Assembly (NCBI GenBank): GCA_963693365.1
Contig: CAVNZM010000003.1
Coordinates: 10,074,101-10,138,100, forward strand
Reading direction: 5' to 3'
Length of the DNA stretch: 64,000 bases
DNA from: Amoebidium appalachense
Lineage: Eukaryota; Protista; Ichthyosporea
In this document: piece by piece, positions 26,070 through 53,838 of the stretch
Layout: every line of letters starts with the position of its first letter
Numbering within the stretch: the stretch's first letter is position 1
The notes under the pieces: model-generated
Told to the model about the DNA's origin: nothing
Seen by the model: only the letters and a program-made list of their open reading frames with translations
Databases searched by the model: none
Translations under genes and position numbers: made by a program

Positions 26070-27038
26070 CGAAAGAGAGAAGGAGAGGGGGGGGGGAGGG
26101 AGAGAGAGAGAGAGACCCAGACACACACACACCTTACGTTTCCGCCCGCACCCCGCTTCTCCCACTTCATTACTCATATCCAGCCTACCTCCTGGGCAGA
26201 AATGAATAACCACTTGTTTGGAGAGAATGGCTGCATGGCTCCATCCCCATGTGAACAAAATTGCAGTTGCTCTCATGCTGGTCTATGCTCGCACTTCTCT
26301 GACAGGACAATCGTGTGTGCCTGTGCAGAAGGCACCACCCTCATCCATGCACTCACACTCTGTGGTTCCTAGTTGGTTTACTCAACTTACTTTACTTACT
26401 TGACTTACTTTACTTACTTTGCTCACTTGTACACCTACAGCCTGTACGGTTTGCTGCAGTCACCAGCAACCAATCCACATGCATGGGCTACGTCATTTTC
26501 AACCCCTTCCTGTCGGTGGGCACACGGTCACTACATGCCATGGCCCAAGGGAGAGGTATGTGGTTGTGGTGCGATAGATGTGTCTCTGTTTGGCATGGCA
26601 GCTTCACCTTCAACTTTTGGGCCCATTTTGTTTTCGAAGGCTCGAGTATTCACCTCGGGGCTCCGCTGTATCGAGAAAAGGTGCCGAGGATGTACCGTTC
26701 TTTGTCTGCCCCGTCTCTCTTCGGAAGCCCGTTTACCTGCTGCTCCCCTCTCCCTTCCCCCCTCCCCCCCCCCCCCAGGGGAATAGGTCGAAACTCGGGT
26801 ACTGTGGATGACGTGGGCCCCCCCTGAGGATGGGCTCTGCTTATTATGCATACTCTTTATGTATGGCTTGCATTCTGCATCGTGTTATCCGTTTGTTTTT
26901 GTGTACTTCGTACTTTTTGACGCATTCAAACCCCCCCCCCCCCCCCCCCCCCCCCTCCCCCTCCCCCCTCTGTCCACCTCTGTGACGGCCCTGTTTAAAG
27001 TGTTAATGGGGAACAGGATGGGGCAGGGCCCCAGGGGT

Positions 27039-27070
<32 letters not shown>

Positions 27071-27839
27071 GGTGTGTGTGTGGGAGGGGGAGGGGCGGGA
27101 GGGCTAGACGAAAGTTCTATTAGATTCAAGGAGTTCGTGGGGCAAAAGGGAATATATGTATGTGTACTACACGAATACATACATGGTCGCCAGTGCACAC
27201 GCGTTAGGGCTTGCTTTCTCTCTCTGCCCCTCCTCTCCTGCCTACACACACACACCCACACATACACAGACACACACACGCGTGCACACACGCACGCACG
27301 CACGCACACACACACACACACATACACACACACTTGCACACATTTGTTTTCCCTTCTGATCAGCTCGATTGAGGGTACATTTATGAATGCACAGTGAACA
27401 ATGGGGCTAAATTGGTATGTTCCGTGCCTGTGTGTACACAAACACGGGCATCTCTGAATTCACACCAAGCAGAAGAGCAGACACATAACACAAGAGGGTA
27501 TTTTAGGTTTCAGACAAGGTTGACAAACGGCTCGCATATCGTTTTTGCACGTACGTGCGGTGGGTATTGGGGAGGGGGGGGGGGGGGGGGGGGGTACAAT
27601 GGGGGGGGGGGGGGGGGGTACAGTCTCACTCCTGGTCGGCACAGGGCCCCAACAAACTGTGTTCGGCATTCAGAACGGTCAGACTGCTCAGAACGGTCAG
27701 ACTGGAACGGTCAGATTGGCTCCTGGCTTTGGAATGATGGCAACGGTATGTGTAGTTGGTGCTTTACTTCCCTTCACCCGCTCCCCCCGCTCCTCCCGCC
27801 TCCTCCCCCTTCACACACACAGACACACACACACACAGG

Positions 27840-27875
<36 letters not shown>

Positions 27876-27883
27876 CGGGAGAG

Positions 27884-27960
<77 letters not shown>

Positions 27961-28545
27961 GAGAGAGGCGCACACACAGAGAAAAGCACGCTCGCACACA
28001 CGCACACAGACAAAATTACACATTTTGAAACACACACATACACTAGAGCCAGTGTGCAAATACATAAGCACAAACACTCGCAAGACTCAATTAATATAAA
28101 AGGCGGGGGAAAGAAAGGGAAAAAGAGAAAGGTATGCGTGCCACCATCCAAACCCAAAACCAAAGAAGAATGAATGAATGAATGAAAGGTGGCAAAATAG
28201 CATTCAAACCCCAGCAACCACATAACACAGACTGAATATTGACACGCCACACCAACACATTGTCAAGCACCCAACGGTGGATGTTTGTTTATTGGGGATT
28301 TTTATAGTTAAATGTGTCGGGGTTGGTATACAGCCTAAGGTGTGCCGTTTGTGCGAATGTGAAGTTTGTGGGAGGGCTTACAAGGAGAGTGGGGGCCAGG
28401 GGAAGGGCGGGGGGAGGGGGGGGGGGGGGTAGGCAATGATCATCGCAAAGCTCAGCTGCCGCAAGTGCACTTACGATGGCCTTTTAAAGTCTAAAATAAA
28501 GAGAATAAACATCTGTACATTTTCTCATCTCTGATGTAAAACTCT

Positions 28546-29514
28546 ATGCAGGGAAGGTCGCGCGGCTGGCAGACACTCTTTGGGCCCGTTCGCCCATTTG
28601 CGACCCGAAATGTGAAAGACACAGGCCAATACTACCGGGGAGTATATTGGAATGGTAAAGAGGGCAAATGGTTTGCAAAGATAGGAGGCCACATTTATGT
28701 CGGTTCCTACGAAAACAGTCGCACGGCTGCACGGCAGCGGGATCTGGCCATTGATTTGTTGGTGCAGAAGGGGGTGTTGGCTCACCGATACCTGGTTTCT
28801 AAAAATGTTAGCCTCGGGAATTTGCGTAAATTCAAACCGACAGCCGATGATTTGGATTGGGCAGAGGAGTGGTGGGCCAAGAAAACAACAAAGAAGAAAT
28901 CGTCAGTGTACAAGGGCGAAACCTACAAAATTTGTAAGAACATCGAAAAGCCGTGGCGCGCGTTGTATTCGAAGGATGGTGTTTCTCAATACGGCGGGAG
29001 CTACGCGACAGAAGTGGAAGCGGCACTTGCAAGGGACAAGGTGATACGTACTCTGGAGATTTCAAAGCGAGAGAAACTAAGGCGCCTAAACTTCTATCTC
29101 CCTGGCGATTATTTGAGTGTCGAGGAAGCAGAGCAGGCTGGGTGCATAGGGGTGTCCTTCCACACAGCCAGATCCCATTCACCCAACCCTTACCAAGCGC
29201 TCCGAGTGGATAGAACTGTTTCGGGTACCCAACTGAAATACCTCGGCTACTTTGCCTCGGTCACCGAAGGAGGCCGGGCATACGATCGAGACGCACTGGC
29301 TGCATGGGCGCAGCAAAACGGACCACGCGGCCCCCTGCCCCCAACCAACTTCTGTCCGACCGAATACGGACACAAACTCCCTCAGCTGCCGCCACCAATC
29401 CACGACCCCACGATAGCAACCAAACACGAAGGCTCCGGTGGTGTTACGCATACCGCTGCCGACGAACATTCCCAACCACATCATCCCCTATGCGACCCAA
29501 GAAATTGGCGGTGA
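28546..29514 (+). CDS. Protein with three AP2/ERF-like DNA-binding domains (probably the last exon of a longer gene)
   Basis: YRGVYW..GKWFAKI..YVGSYENSRTAARQRD; SSVYKG..KPWRA..YGGSYATEVEAALARD..LNF; GVSF..YLGYFASVTEGGRAYD..TNF. CTATGCAG at 28544-28551 is conserved in both copies and may be a splice acceptor rather than a start. Confidence 0.85.
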   Translation: MQGRSRGWQTLFGPVRPFATRNVKDTGQYYRGVYWNGKEGKWFAKIGGHIYVGSYENSRTAARQRDLAIDLLVQKGVLAHRYLVSKNVSLGNLRKFKPTADDLDWAEEWWAKKTTKKKSSVYKGETYKICKNIEKPWRALYSKDGVSQYGGSYATEVEAALARDKVIRTLEISKREKLRRLNFYLPGDYLSVEEAEQAGCIGVSFHTARSHSPNPYQALRVDRTVSGTQLKYLGYFASVTEGGRAYDRDALAAWAQQNGPRGPLPPTNFCPTEYGHKLPQLPPPIHDPTIATKHEGSGGVTHTAADEHSQPHHPLCDPRNWR

Positions 29515-29987
29515 TGCCAACAATTCACCTCAAAGCAACAGGCAGGCTAAATCGACTCCACAGAGCAACAGCAACGACGGCCCGTTGGCTGTTGGTGACG
29601 TCACTGACCGGAATGATGACGACGTGGCGGGACAACACAACTCCCACTCGGATGCAAACGTTAACTTTCAGGCAGGGGTGGGGCAGAAAAGAATGGTTTA
29701 AGTGTGGTAGGTGGTCAGATACGTATACAGAGGTGGGCCCCGGGGACACATAAGGTACTCTTATAGGAGAAAAGAAGGTGGTTTGTGGACACTGATGATT
29801 TCACCGGGGTGGCGGTTACTAGCTGTTTGTACATGTGCATATGTGCGATGTGTCATTGATTAGGGGTACATATTGCATTATGCCTATGGCCTGCACACCT
29901 GTTTGTGGGTCGAGGAGACTCTCGGAGCCATTGTGTTTTTCCTTCTTCCTCTCTTTCTGCCCGGTTTTTTTTTTTGTTCTTTTCTTG

Positions 29988-30020
<33 letters not shown>

Positions 30021-30048
30021 CTTTTGGCTTTCTGGTGTGTGTGGGGAA

Positions 30049-30090
<42 letters not shown>

Positions 30091-31391
30091 CTGTCTGAGT
30101 TACTCAGCAAATGCAAATGAATACAACCTGCAGGAGAGTAAGATTTGCGCAAACATGACTACTATAGCAGTGTGGACAAAGTTTATGATATATCATATAT
30201 ATAGATAGTTTTAGGTTACATAAACAATGTTTTCACAATCTCCCATAGAAAACCATAACTTAGTAAATTCTACTGCCAATATTATTCTGGTCACAGAGAA
30301 ATTCAGTCCATTGCCTTCCCCAGAACGCTAGCACGTGTACATGTGTATACATGCATAAGTTACATGGCAGGGCTTCTGCTATAACTATACAAAAAGGTAT
30401 ACAAAATTTCAAGTTGATAAATTGAAGCCGTTCGCGGCACCTACCAATTAATAATAATATTATCATTATTAAATCTGCAGAAGCCTTTTTTTGGTGTCCC
30501 GACGAAAACATTGGCCCCGCTCATGCAGCTAGTATCGATAGTGATCGATAATCGATTTCGTTGCCTCCCCTCCCCCCCCCCCCCCCCCCCCCCCCCTTTT
30601 CCTCCGGATCCTCCTCCTCCTCCTCATTCCGGCCAGGAAACCGGACCACCTATGTAGTACGTGCGTGTTGTGCATTCGAGTGTTTGTGTGTATGTGCATG
30701 TGTGTGTACACGCCGACAGATATGGTAACCCTCGAGCACTAGGCATGTCCTCTCTCTCTCTCTCCTCCCCCCCCCCCCCCCCCCCCTCTCTTCCCCTTTC
30801 TCCCTCCCTCTCTCTCTCTCTCGCCCCCACCTCCCCCTCCCGAGGATTTCTCTCTCTCACTCCCCCCCCACCTCCCCCCCCCCCCCCTCCCCCCCCCCCC
30901 CCCCCCCCCCCCACCTCTGCCTGCCTCTACCTTTCTTTCTCTTCGAATTCTATGTGTCACATAATATTTGTGTATGCATCATTCTCGTTGCGTACTTGCT
31001 GAAACCCGTGTTTTTCTACAGCTGGCCTTCAAACTGAAAGTATTATATGCAAGCCAAACAAACCGATCACGCGTTTGGAATATGCATGTTTCCGTTCTGT
31101 ACTCTACCTGGATCCAGGCGGCGCAAAGCAAACGGGTCTACCGTGACAGTGCCGTCTGCTGTCGATCGAACCAGCCCTTTCGAAGTTCGCCGCCGTGCAC
31201 ACATGAGGAGGGCTCACGAGTCACATTTTTCTTTCTACCAATAGGAATGACGCTAGATAAGCCATCACCACCGAGCCCCAAACATTGCCAAGGCAGTCCG
31301 GAAAACCAGCGCATTATTTGTGTTGAGCTAGCAGAGTACTGGACAAGTGACCACATGTGTGAGCTTCGACATACTGAACCGTAAGGGCCTG

Positions 31392-31430
<39 letters not shown>

Positions 31431-31589
31431 CCCCCCCCTCCCCCCCACCCCCCTCCCCCCCCCCCACCCCCCCCCCCCCCCCCCCCCTCCCCCACACCCC
31501 CCTCCCCCTTCCCCCCCCCCTCGTCCTCCCCCTCTCCCCCCCCAAAAAAAAACTCTACACCATCCTCCCTCACAATCCTCCTTCCCCCC

Positions 31590-31620
<31 letters not shown>

Positions 31621-31626
31621 AAAAAA

Positions 31627-31674
<48 letters not shown>

Positions 31675-31736
31675 TTGGAAGAAGTCAAAAAATCAAAATC
31701 AAAAAAATCCACAAAAAAAAAAAAAGGACATCTTAC

Positions 31737-32701
31737 CTCCTTGTTCTAGTTGCGTATATGGCGCAGGCGATATGAAATCACAGCGGAAGCAATAGCCAAA
31801 ATATTGTTCTAGACAATACCGAGGAAGAAACATGCCGCGTTATTGTCCAAAAGTGACGGGATAGGAACATTTTTAAAGACACGTGCGTCATCCAACCACT
31901 CTACCGTGGCGCTCACGGGCTTTGTTGACTCGTGGAACGATGTTAAAGTAGCACCACATATTTGAATGATGATTTGAACAAGAACTAAGGCCAGGAATGG
32001 GGGTAGGAGTTTCTTGTCTGCGAGGAGGAGTCGTGACCCAGGCGGTTGCCGCACTGTATATTCCTGGTGGGGGTTTTTCATCAGTTTAAGTGTTATATTA
32101 TGTTATATTATAGCGGTGGGGGTGTTCAATTGTTGTGTCATACCGCTATGATCATAACAAGCTTCGGAATCCTGTGCTGAGCAAGAATTCAAAATATGCG
32201 TAGTAATTTATTTGCTGTGTAATTAACCGCAGAAAGGGGGGAGGGGGGTGGGGGGAGGGTGGAAACCCGGGGGGGGGGTACGGGGGGAAGGCGGGGGGGG
32301 GGGGGGGGGGGGGGGGGAAGGGGAGAGGAGGGGGATAGGGGGCACGGGGGTGAGGGGAGGGGAACGGTAGCAACTTATGTTGTCATGCCTTTCTTCGTTT
32401 TTTTGTTTTTTTGTTTTTTTTCCCTTTTTTTTTTTTGATGTGGAGAGGACGGGAGTGGGTGCACGTGAAGTCTGGGAGCCGGGGTTGGGCCGGGGGGGAG
32501 GGGGGGGGGGGGGGGTGAGTTGGGGGGGGGGGGGGGGGGGAGACATACTGTCAATGCGGTAGAGCTTGACCAATAGGGCGGCAAAGACGACGGATTGACC
32601 AATCATAACGAGGAAGGCCTGAAGGCTGTCGTGCCACCTGATTGGTGCATCGGGCATGAGGAAGAGGGAAGACATGGTCATGGCACTGCCGAGGAGGATA
32701 A
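31737..32701 (-). pseudogene. Divergent class C GPCR paralog fragment (G1; exons 8 and 9 only)
   Basis: Exon 32549-32701 encodes IGQSVVFAALLVKLYRID. Exon 31737-~32050 has a frameshift and TAG at 31809-31811 where paralogs have Tyr. No exon 10 found. Confidence 0.85.
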
Positions 32702-33132
32702 CTGGTTGGGTGGAAAAGTGTCAGTTGCGGTTTGGTTTTATTTTGAGTTAACACAAACTTGACTATGTAAGCAAAGTGTCTGCAAGTTTAGAAAAATTAG
32801 GCACTCAGGGTCCATCCACATTAAACTAATAAAGGTCAAAAAAAAGGCCACCTCTTCCTTTCCGTTTTTTCCTTTCGTCAAAAAACTCTGTCAGCCTCCT
32901 CTCCTGTACACCCCCCTCTTTCCCTCCCTTCCTCCTCCCCCCCTCCCCCCGCCCCCCTCCCCCCCTCCCCCCCCCCCCCCCGGCCCCACCACCACCACCA
33001 CCACCACCACACACACACACACACAAGTACACGGCAAGGGGGGCTATCCCCTGCACCCCCCCATCCTTCCCTCCCCCCCCCCCCCCCCCCCCCCCCCCCC
33101 GCCCCACCACCACCACCACCACCACCACCATC

Positions 33133-33168
<36 letters not shown>

Positions 33169-33287
33169 ACACACACAAGTACACGGGAAGGGGGGCTAAA
33201 GGGAGGCGGGATCCGGAGGATATATTCGAGTGATTTCCTAGGGTTTTTATTGCTTTTTTTTTTCACGGGGCAGGTGCTTTTTTTTTT

Positions 33288-33318
<31 letters not shown>

Positions 33319-33582
33319 GGGGGGTTCACGTTTTTTTTTTCCAGTAGGAGAGCGCAACGTTTTGGCAATGTCATGCAGAACTGGGGATGGATGCAGGGAT
33401 TTGGGTGTTTGCGTTCCAAAGCGCCCGTGTGTGTTCCGACTGTTTGTTAACGTTTCTCTCAACGAGACTCTCTCTCTCTCTCCCTGTGTGTGTGCGTGTG
33501 TGTCACGGTGTGAGTGAGTGAGAGAGTGTGTGAGTGTGTGTGTGAGTGAGTGAGTGTGTGTGTTTTCGTGCGTGCGTGCGTG

Positions 33583-33697
<115 letters not shown>

Positions 33698-34743
33698 GTG
33701 CGTGTCTGTCCGTGTACACACCGTGTTCTCACATGTGCACAACTGATACCGTGTCTGCGTGCATAAGATGCATGCCTGTGCCCTTGGGTGCACACATGCA
33801 AGTTGAACCATGCAGACGCGTGCACATGTGCGCATGTGCATGCTAAATCTTTGAATCGGTGTGTGCTGCGGGGGGAGGGGGGAGGGCGGAGGGGGGAGGG
33901 GGGGGGGGGGGGGGGGAGGCGAAGATGCAGCCGTTGGTAGAGTAGGTGCGACAGCTGCATGGGCAGGGAGGTATAGGGCATCGGTTCTTCGCTTGTTGCT
34001 ATATGCATACGTGGATGGGTGGATGGGGAGTCTGAAAGTGAGTGTGGGCCTGCCCATGGGCATGATCATAGTAAGGAAGACATGAAGGAGGGTCATATTG
34101 TTGAGCTGCAGCCTCACATAGTATCTGGAAGGAGGAGGGGTAGGAGGTGGTTGTGGGAAAGAGAGAGACCGTAGGGGATGAGGGGGAAGGCCCCCAAGCG
34201 GGAAGGCGGAGGGGGGGGGGGGGGGGGGGGGAGGAGGGGGGAATGTTTGAAACATCCCAGGGCTTCATAATTTGTGTTTGAACGCCAATATTTCTGCCTT
34301 GCACTGCAAAGTCTTAGAGGGGAGGGGAGGGGAGGGGGGGGGGGGGGGGGGGGGGAAGGGGGAAGGGGACCAGTGGAAGATTGCAGATGGGGGTTTCCAG
34401 CGCAATTAGCACGGTGAAAAAAATTCTGTTACGGAGAGGGGGTAAGGGGGGGAAGGAGGACTAGAAAGTTGGGGGGGGGGGGGTTCTCGAGCAATTATCT
34501 CAAATAGGAGCCCACGATTCACAAGGGTTGTGTATTCGTGTGAATTTACGTTGGTGTTGGGCAGAAAACCAACGAATACAAAACACAACGGGAAAAAAAA
34601 AAAGCGCGCAATTTAAACTATTATAGACCCAAAAACAAAAAAACGACCATGACCACCACTAATTTATATGGTAAAATATAAAGTTTTTTCAGTCACCATG
34701 GCCACCACTACATTCTACTGTTAAAATATATCATTTCTTTTTT

Positions 34744-42345
<7,602 letters not shown>

Positions 42346-42638
42346 TTTCGGTGGGCTTTATCCGAAACACAGAATATATTAACAACTGGTGTCTTATCAG
42401 TAGACTGAGTCAGTAGACTAGATTATAAAAAATACGTTCTGTTTTTGAGGTTACTGTAGACATGCCTGGATCATGAGCATGTGCTTTGCAAAACTCGCTG
42501 ATGCCTCACAGAACAAACACGACATACATACGGCACATGTACAGTTTGTGTGTTGGATCGGCAACTGCAGGTGAGTTGAACGGATAATAAGCTAAATTTA
42601 TTAGCTCTTCTTAAGAACAACAAAGTTCGAGTTTGAGC

Positions 42639-42646
42639 TTTTTATA
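42639..42646 (-). promoter_or_regulatory. Putative TATA box of G2 (TATAAAAA)
   Basis: Lies in an island (GCTTTTTATAGCA..CATGCGACA..TAGCATGCC on +) shared with the G3 upstream region, ~295 bp before the ATG. Confidence 0.55.
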
Positions 42647-44088
42647 GCAGCGCTGGGACATGCGACACTGTTTGGAACAATTGAGTTTCTATGTAGCATG
42701 CCAACTTCGAAGAGAGTTGGGCGCAGGGGTTGTGGGGTTTGACTGCGCTACCCGTTTTACCTTACACGTAAACGTATCCTCAAAATTTCTAAATCTTAAT
42801 GACGGGATTCGTCTCATTTACTACTTGAATAGACCCCCTATGTTATTTAAATTGACGACCCATTTCTGTTGATTCCACACTCCCTTAGAGATTACACACC
42901 CTGAGAGACGAAACAGGGCTTGATATTCCGCTGTGGAGTGCCAAAATAACGACCTGACCACCTTTTACCTGGGAATTCACCCATTTTTGTATGAAAAAAC
43001 ACCAAAATACACTATAGTGCTCTAATGCACTGCTACGAAAAACCAATACAGCACCTCACAGCTTTACTCGTTTTGACCCCCTGGGCTTAATAGTAAATAC
43101 GACGATTTTGGGTCGTAATTCAACCCCTGGTTGGGCGACAACTTTTTGAAAACAAACGCGGTGCGTTTTTACCCAATAGGAGGGGCCGCGGTGACAAAAG
43201 ATGATTACAAGGCGTTGATTGGTTAGATAAGTTAAATATTTTCAGGGATGACGAGAATGCTGAATTCGGCTCACGCGCAAGTAGGCTGATTGGTGCGACA
43301 AGGTAGAGGATCAGTACACATTTAGGGATGTGTGAAAAAGTGTGAATAAACATTCCTACTGGAGCCCGGCTTCCGTGCAGCTGCAAAGGCGTGCGCGCGT
43401 GTAGGCCTACTTGGACGTGCGTGTGCACATGTTATCGTGTGCTTTACACACCTAAAAGCGACAAGTGGCAAGCTTAAGCTCTGCCACCTACTGAGATGGC
43501 TCCTTATTTTTCCTTATAAACATTCAGCGAACGCTGGACTCTATATCGAACAGTCGAGGCGCCGCGACAGAAAGCATGCACGCGGTCGCGCCCTAGCAGC
43601 GAACGTAAAGTTCATCGCAGCGCGTGCACACCGTCAGTACGTGTGAGGCTTAAGCTTGGGCAACCTGATACTTCAATGAATTACAGTATCTTTAGATTAC
43701 ATCACTTACTTTTTTTCGATGATTTGTAGTCATATGGTGGCACCTTGTGTGGCTCCTGGTTTAACTTACGTGAGTAGCGAATGTATATATGGCTTTAATG
43801 TGTCTGGTATTATTATTTGATATAGTTTCTCTCTGGGAAGTCACTATGACGACCAGCGTTACAAGGTTACCAGACTGATGGAAGTATACCGAGAAATGCA
43901 AAAACGAGAAGAATGCTTGATATCAAGCTGATATAATTTGAAGTACTCTAATATGTGCACCAATAATGCACACACATATTAAACACTGCTCGCACAAAAC
44001 GAGCAAATATTAATTAATTAGTTTGACCTTCAAAAAGAAAAGGATAACATGACCATCACTAATTGTATTGGTAACGGAATTCTTCAGT

Positions 44089-51500
<7,412 letters not shown>

Positions 51501-51612
51501 TTTCGGTGTGCTCTGATTAGAGCTACAAAAAAGATGGAACTACAAGATATAGTGTTTGGATATCAATTATGTGTCTTAGCTTTAGGTCACTCTACATGCG
51601 CCTGCATACTGC

Positions 51613-53649
51613 CCCGATGCCATATGGTCTGTGATATCTAGTTATAGCTCTAGTAAGTCTTGTGGACCTGATGGACTCCCTGCTGGGTTTCTTAAAATCC
51701 TTGTTCCCTCCTACCCACAAAAGGAAAGTGATCGTGCTATTAAACCTGATCTTACTATCATGTTAAGCTCTCTCTTTTCTTGGTGTGTTAAATGTGGACA
51801 TGTCCCGTCATCTTGGTTAGATACCTTAGTGATCCCCATAGTTAAGAAGGACTCTGAGGGCCCCATATCATCCTTTCGCCCCATTACACTAACCCAGGTT
51901 GTTCGTAGATTCTTTGAAGCTTGCTTACTTAGGTTATTTGCACACCACCCTAGGTTTCAATCTATTCTTCACATACACCCATGCCAATCCGCTTTTCGTA
52001 AAAACAATTCATGTTATGTTCAAATAATGGCACTGCACGATTCTATGCAAGTTGGTGCACAATATGTTGGCTTTATTGATTGGAAAACTGCTTACGATTC
52101 TGTCTCCCCTGGTCTCCTATGGGAAAAGCTTGCTGCACGGGGTGTACCACACTGCATTGGTGTTCTGTTAGAAGCACTCTTGTCTCAAACCTATGGTAGA
52201 GCTGTGGTTAATGGGCATCTTTCATATGGTTTTGCTCGTACTAGAGGTCTCTTGCAGGGTTCATTGCTTAGCCCCTTTTTGTTTAACCTATTTATAGATG
52301 ATTTGGCTGTCAAGATTTACGCCGAAAACGATGACCCTATTAATAACTTTCCGCCTGCACTTCTCTATGCTGATGATCTGTCCCTCCTTGCCCGTACCCC
52401 TAGACGCCTGCAAAGATTGTTCGATGTAGTGTCAGAGTGGTGCAAGGCAAACCTTATGATCCTTAACATAGACAAATGTGGTGTTCTTGTACCTGATATA
52501 GCTAACAATTTACACACATTTACATTATCATCTAAACCTGTACCTATAGTTCCAGAATACAAATATCTTGGTGTTCCGGTTGATTCTGTTGGTGTTATGT
52601 TTCCCCATATGGTCGAAAAGAGGGTAGAGTTGGCTCGTAAGCGGTTAGCTTTCTTCTCGGCTAATATTTTTAAAGACACACCCCTCCATCCTTCTATTAG
52701 ACTTACATTTATTCGCACTTTTGTCTTCCCGGCATGTGAATATGGTTTACCCCTTCTCGCCGCTTGGATCAAGAAAGAGAGAACTAGAGCGCTTAAACCC
52801 TTGGCAAATTTCCTTGAAGCAGAAGTTGCCTCCTTTCTATCTAACAACTGTTGTAAACCTGGGCCTGTAACGCTCTCGATATATGGTCTGGTCCCAATAG
52901 CTGCTAGAGTATCCTATCTCGCGCTGAAATTCAATAAGCACATAAGCCGCTTAAAGAAGTATTTGCCCTCCCACCCTCTCTTCTCTATCCGACCTGTCCC
53001 CTCCTCACCTCCCCCCTCTTTCCTCCCCTCTCTCTCCCCTTCTCCCCTGGGCACAAATACAAATAAACCCCGCAATAGTGTGTGTGTGACTTTGGACTGC
53101 CACTTACTTATTAAACATGTACACAATCACAAGATAATCACGCAATATAACAAATGGAAAAAGATACCACACGACACTAGACCCGATGAAAGCATACACC
53201 TTGAAAAACTAAGCCTTATGTCTCGTTTTATATATACTGACCGCCTCAACCATATTGCCAAATATGGCACTCGCAAGTGTATAACACCTAAATACATATT
53301 ACCTTCCTGTAGAACTGGTCTTTCTCTAGCTGATGGTATTATTGATCAATTACCACGCTTTTACTGTACACGTGCTATACAGTGGAGATCTAATAAGTAT
53401 AAGGTGGCATCATTTGCATGCCCAAACAACACACACACACACCAGTTTAACCGGTCATGTATCGCCAAATGTAGTTTGATAGACCACATAATACCGCAAC
53501 ACACACACGTCACATTCACAACAGACACCCAGAAAGATAGCCTACCTGTAAATTACAACATCCTTGATTTTATACTAAACACGCGTAACTACGACCTGTT
53601 TATTAGATGTATTGATTGGCTTGAGAAACACATCACTACAAAATTATAG
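51613..53649 (+). CDS. Family A reverse transcriptase, open frame lacking its native start
   Basis: Complete non-LTR RT motif set (KSCGPDG, QGSLLSP, YADD, YKYLG) and C-terminal CPNN..FNRSCIAKC..NILDFILN. No endonuclease motifs recognised. Confidence 0.92.
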   Translation, partial: PDAIWSVISSYSSSKSCGPDGLPAGFLKILVPSYPQKESDRAIKPDLTIMLSSLFSWCVKCGHVPSSWLDTLVIPIVKKDSEGPISSFRPITLTQVVRRFFEACLLRLFAHHPRFQSILHIHPCQSAFRKNNSCYVQIMALHDSMQVGAQYVGFIDWKTAYDSVSPGLLWEKLAARGVPHCIGVLLEALLSQTYGRAVVNGHLSYGFARTRGLLQGSLLSPFLFNLFIDDLAVKIYAENDDPINNFPPALLYADDLSLLARTPRRLQRLFDVVSEWCKANLMILNIDKCGVLVPDIANNLHTFTLSSKPVPIVPEYKYLGVPVDSVGVMFPHMVEKRVELARKRLAFFSANIFKDTPLHPSIRLTFIRTFVFPACEYGLPLLAAWIKKERTRALKPLANFLEAEVASFLSNNCCKPGPVTLSIYGLVPIAARVSYLALKFNKHISRLKKYLPSHPLFSIRPVPSSPPPSFLPSLSPSPLGTNTNKPRNSVCVTLDCHLLIKHVHNHKIITQYNKWKKIPHDTRPDESIHLEKLSLMSRFIYTDRLNHIAKYGTRKCITPKYILPSCRTGLSLADGIIDQLPRFYCTRAIQWRSNKYKVASFACPNNTHTHQFNRSCIAKCSLIDHIIPQHTHVTFTTDTQKDSLPVNYNILDFILNTRNYDLFIRCIDWLEKHITTKL

Positions 53650-53664
53650 CGCACACACACACAC

Positions 53665-53717
<53 letters not shown>

Positions 53718-53779
53718 CCAGCTGATACCGAGTGTCCCGAGGGAAGCCCCTTTAAAAAAAATTAAAATTAAAATTAAAA

Positions 53780-53838
<59 letters not shown>

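Larger units (their letters stand above)
24700..31395. repeat. Tandem segmental duplication, unit 2
   Basis: See unit 1. Confidence 0.85.

Noticed and set aside
43471-43657. Segment flanked by GCTTAAGCT as a TTAA-targeting element
   Set aside because: No convincing terminal inverted repeats and no second copy or empty site in the window.
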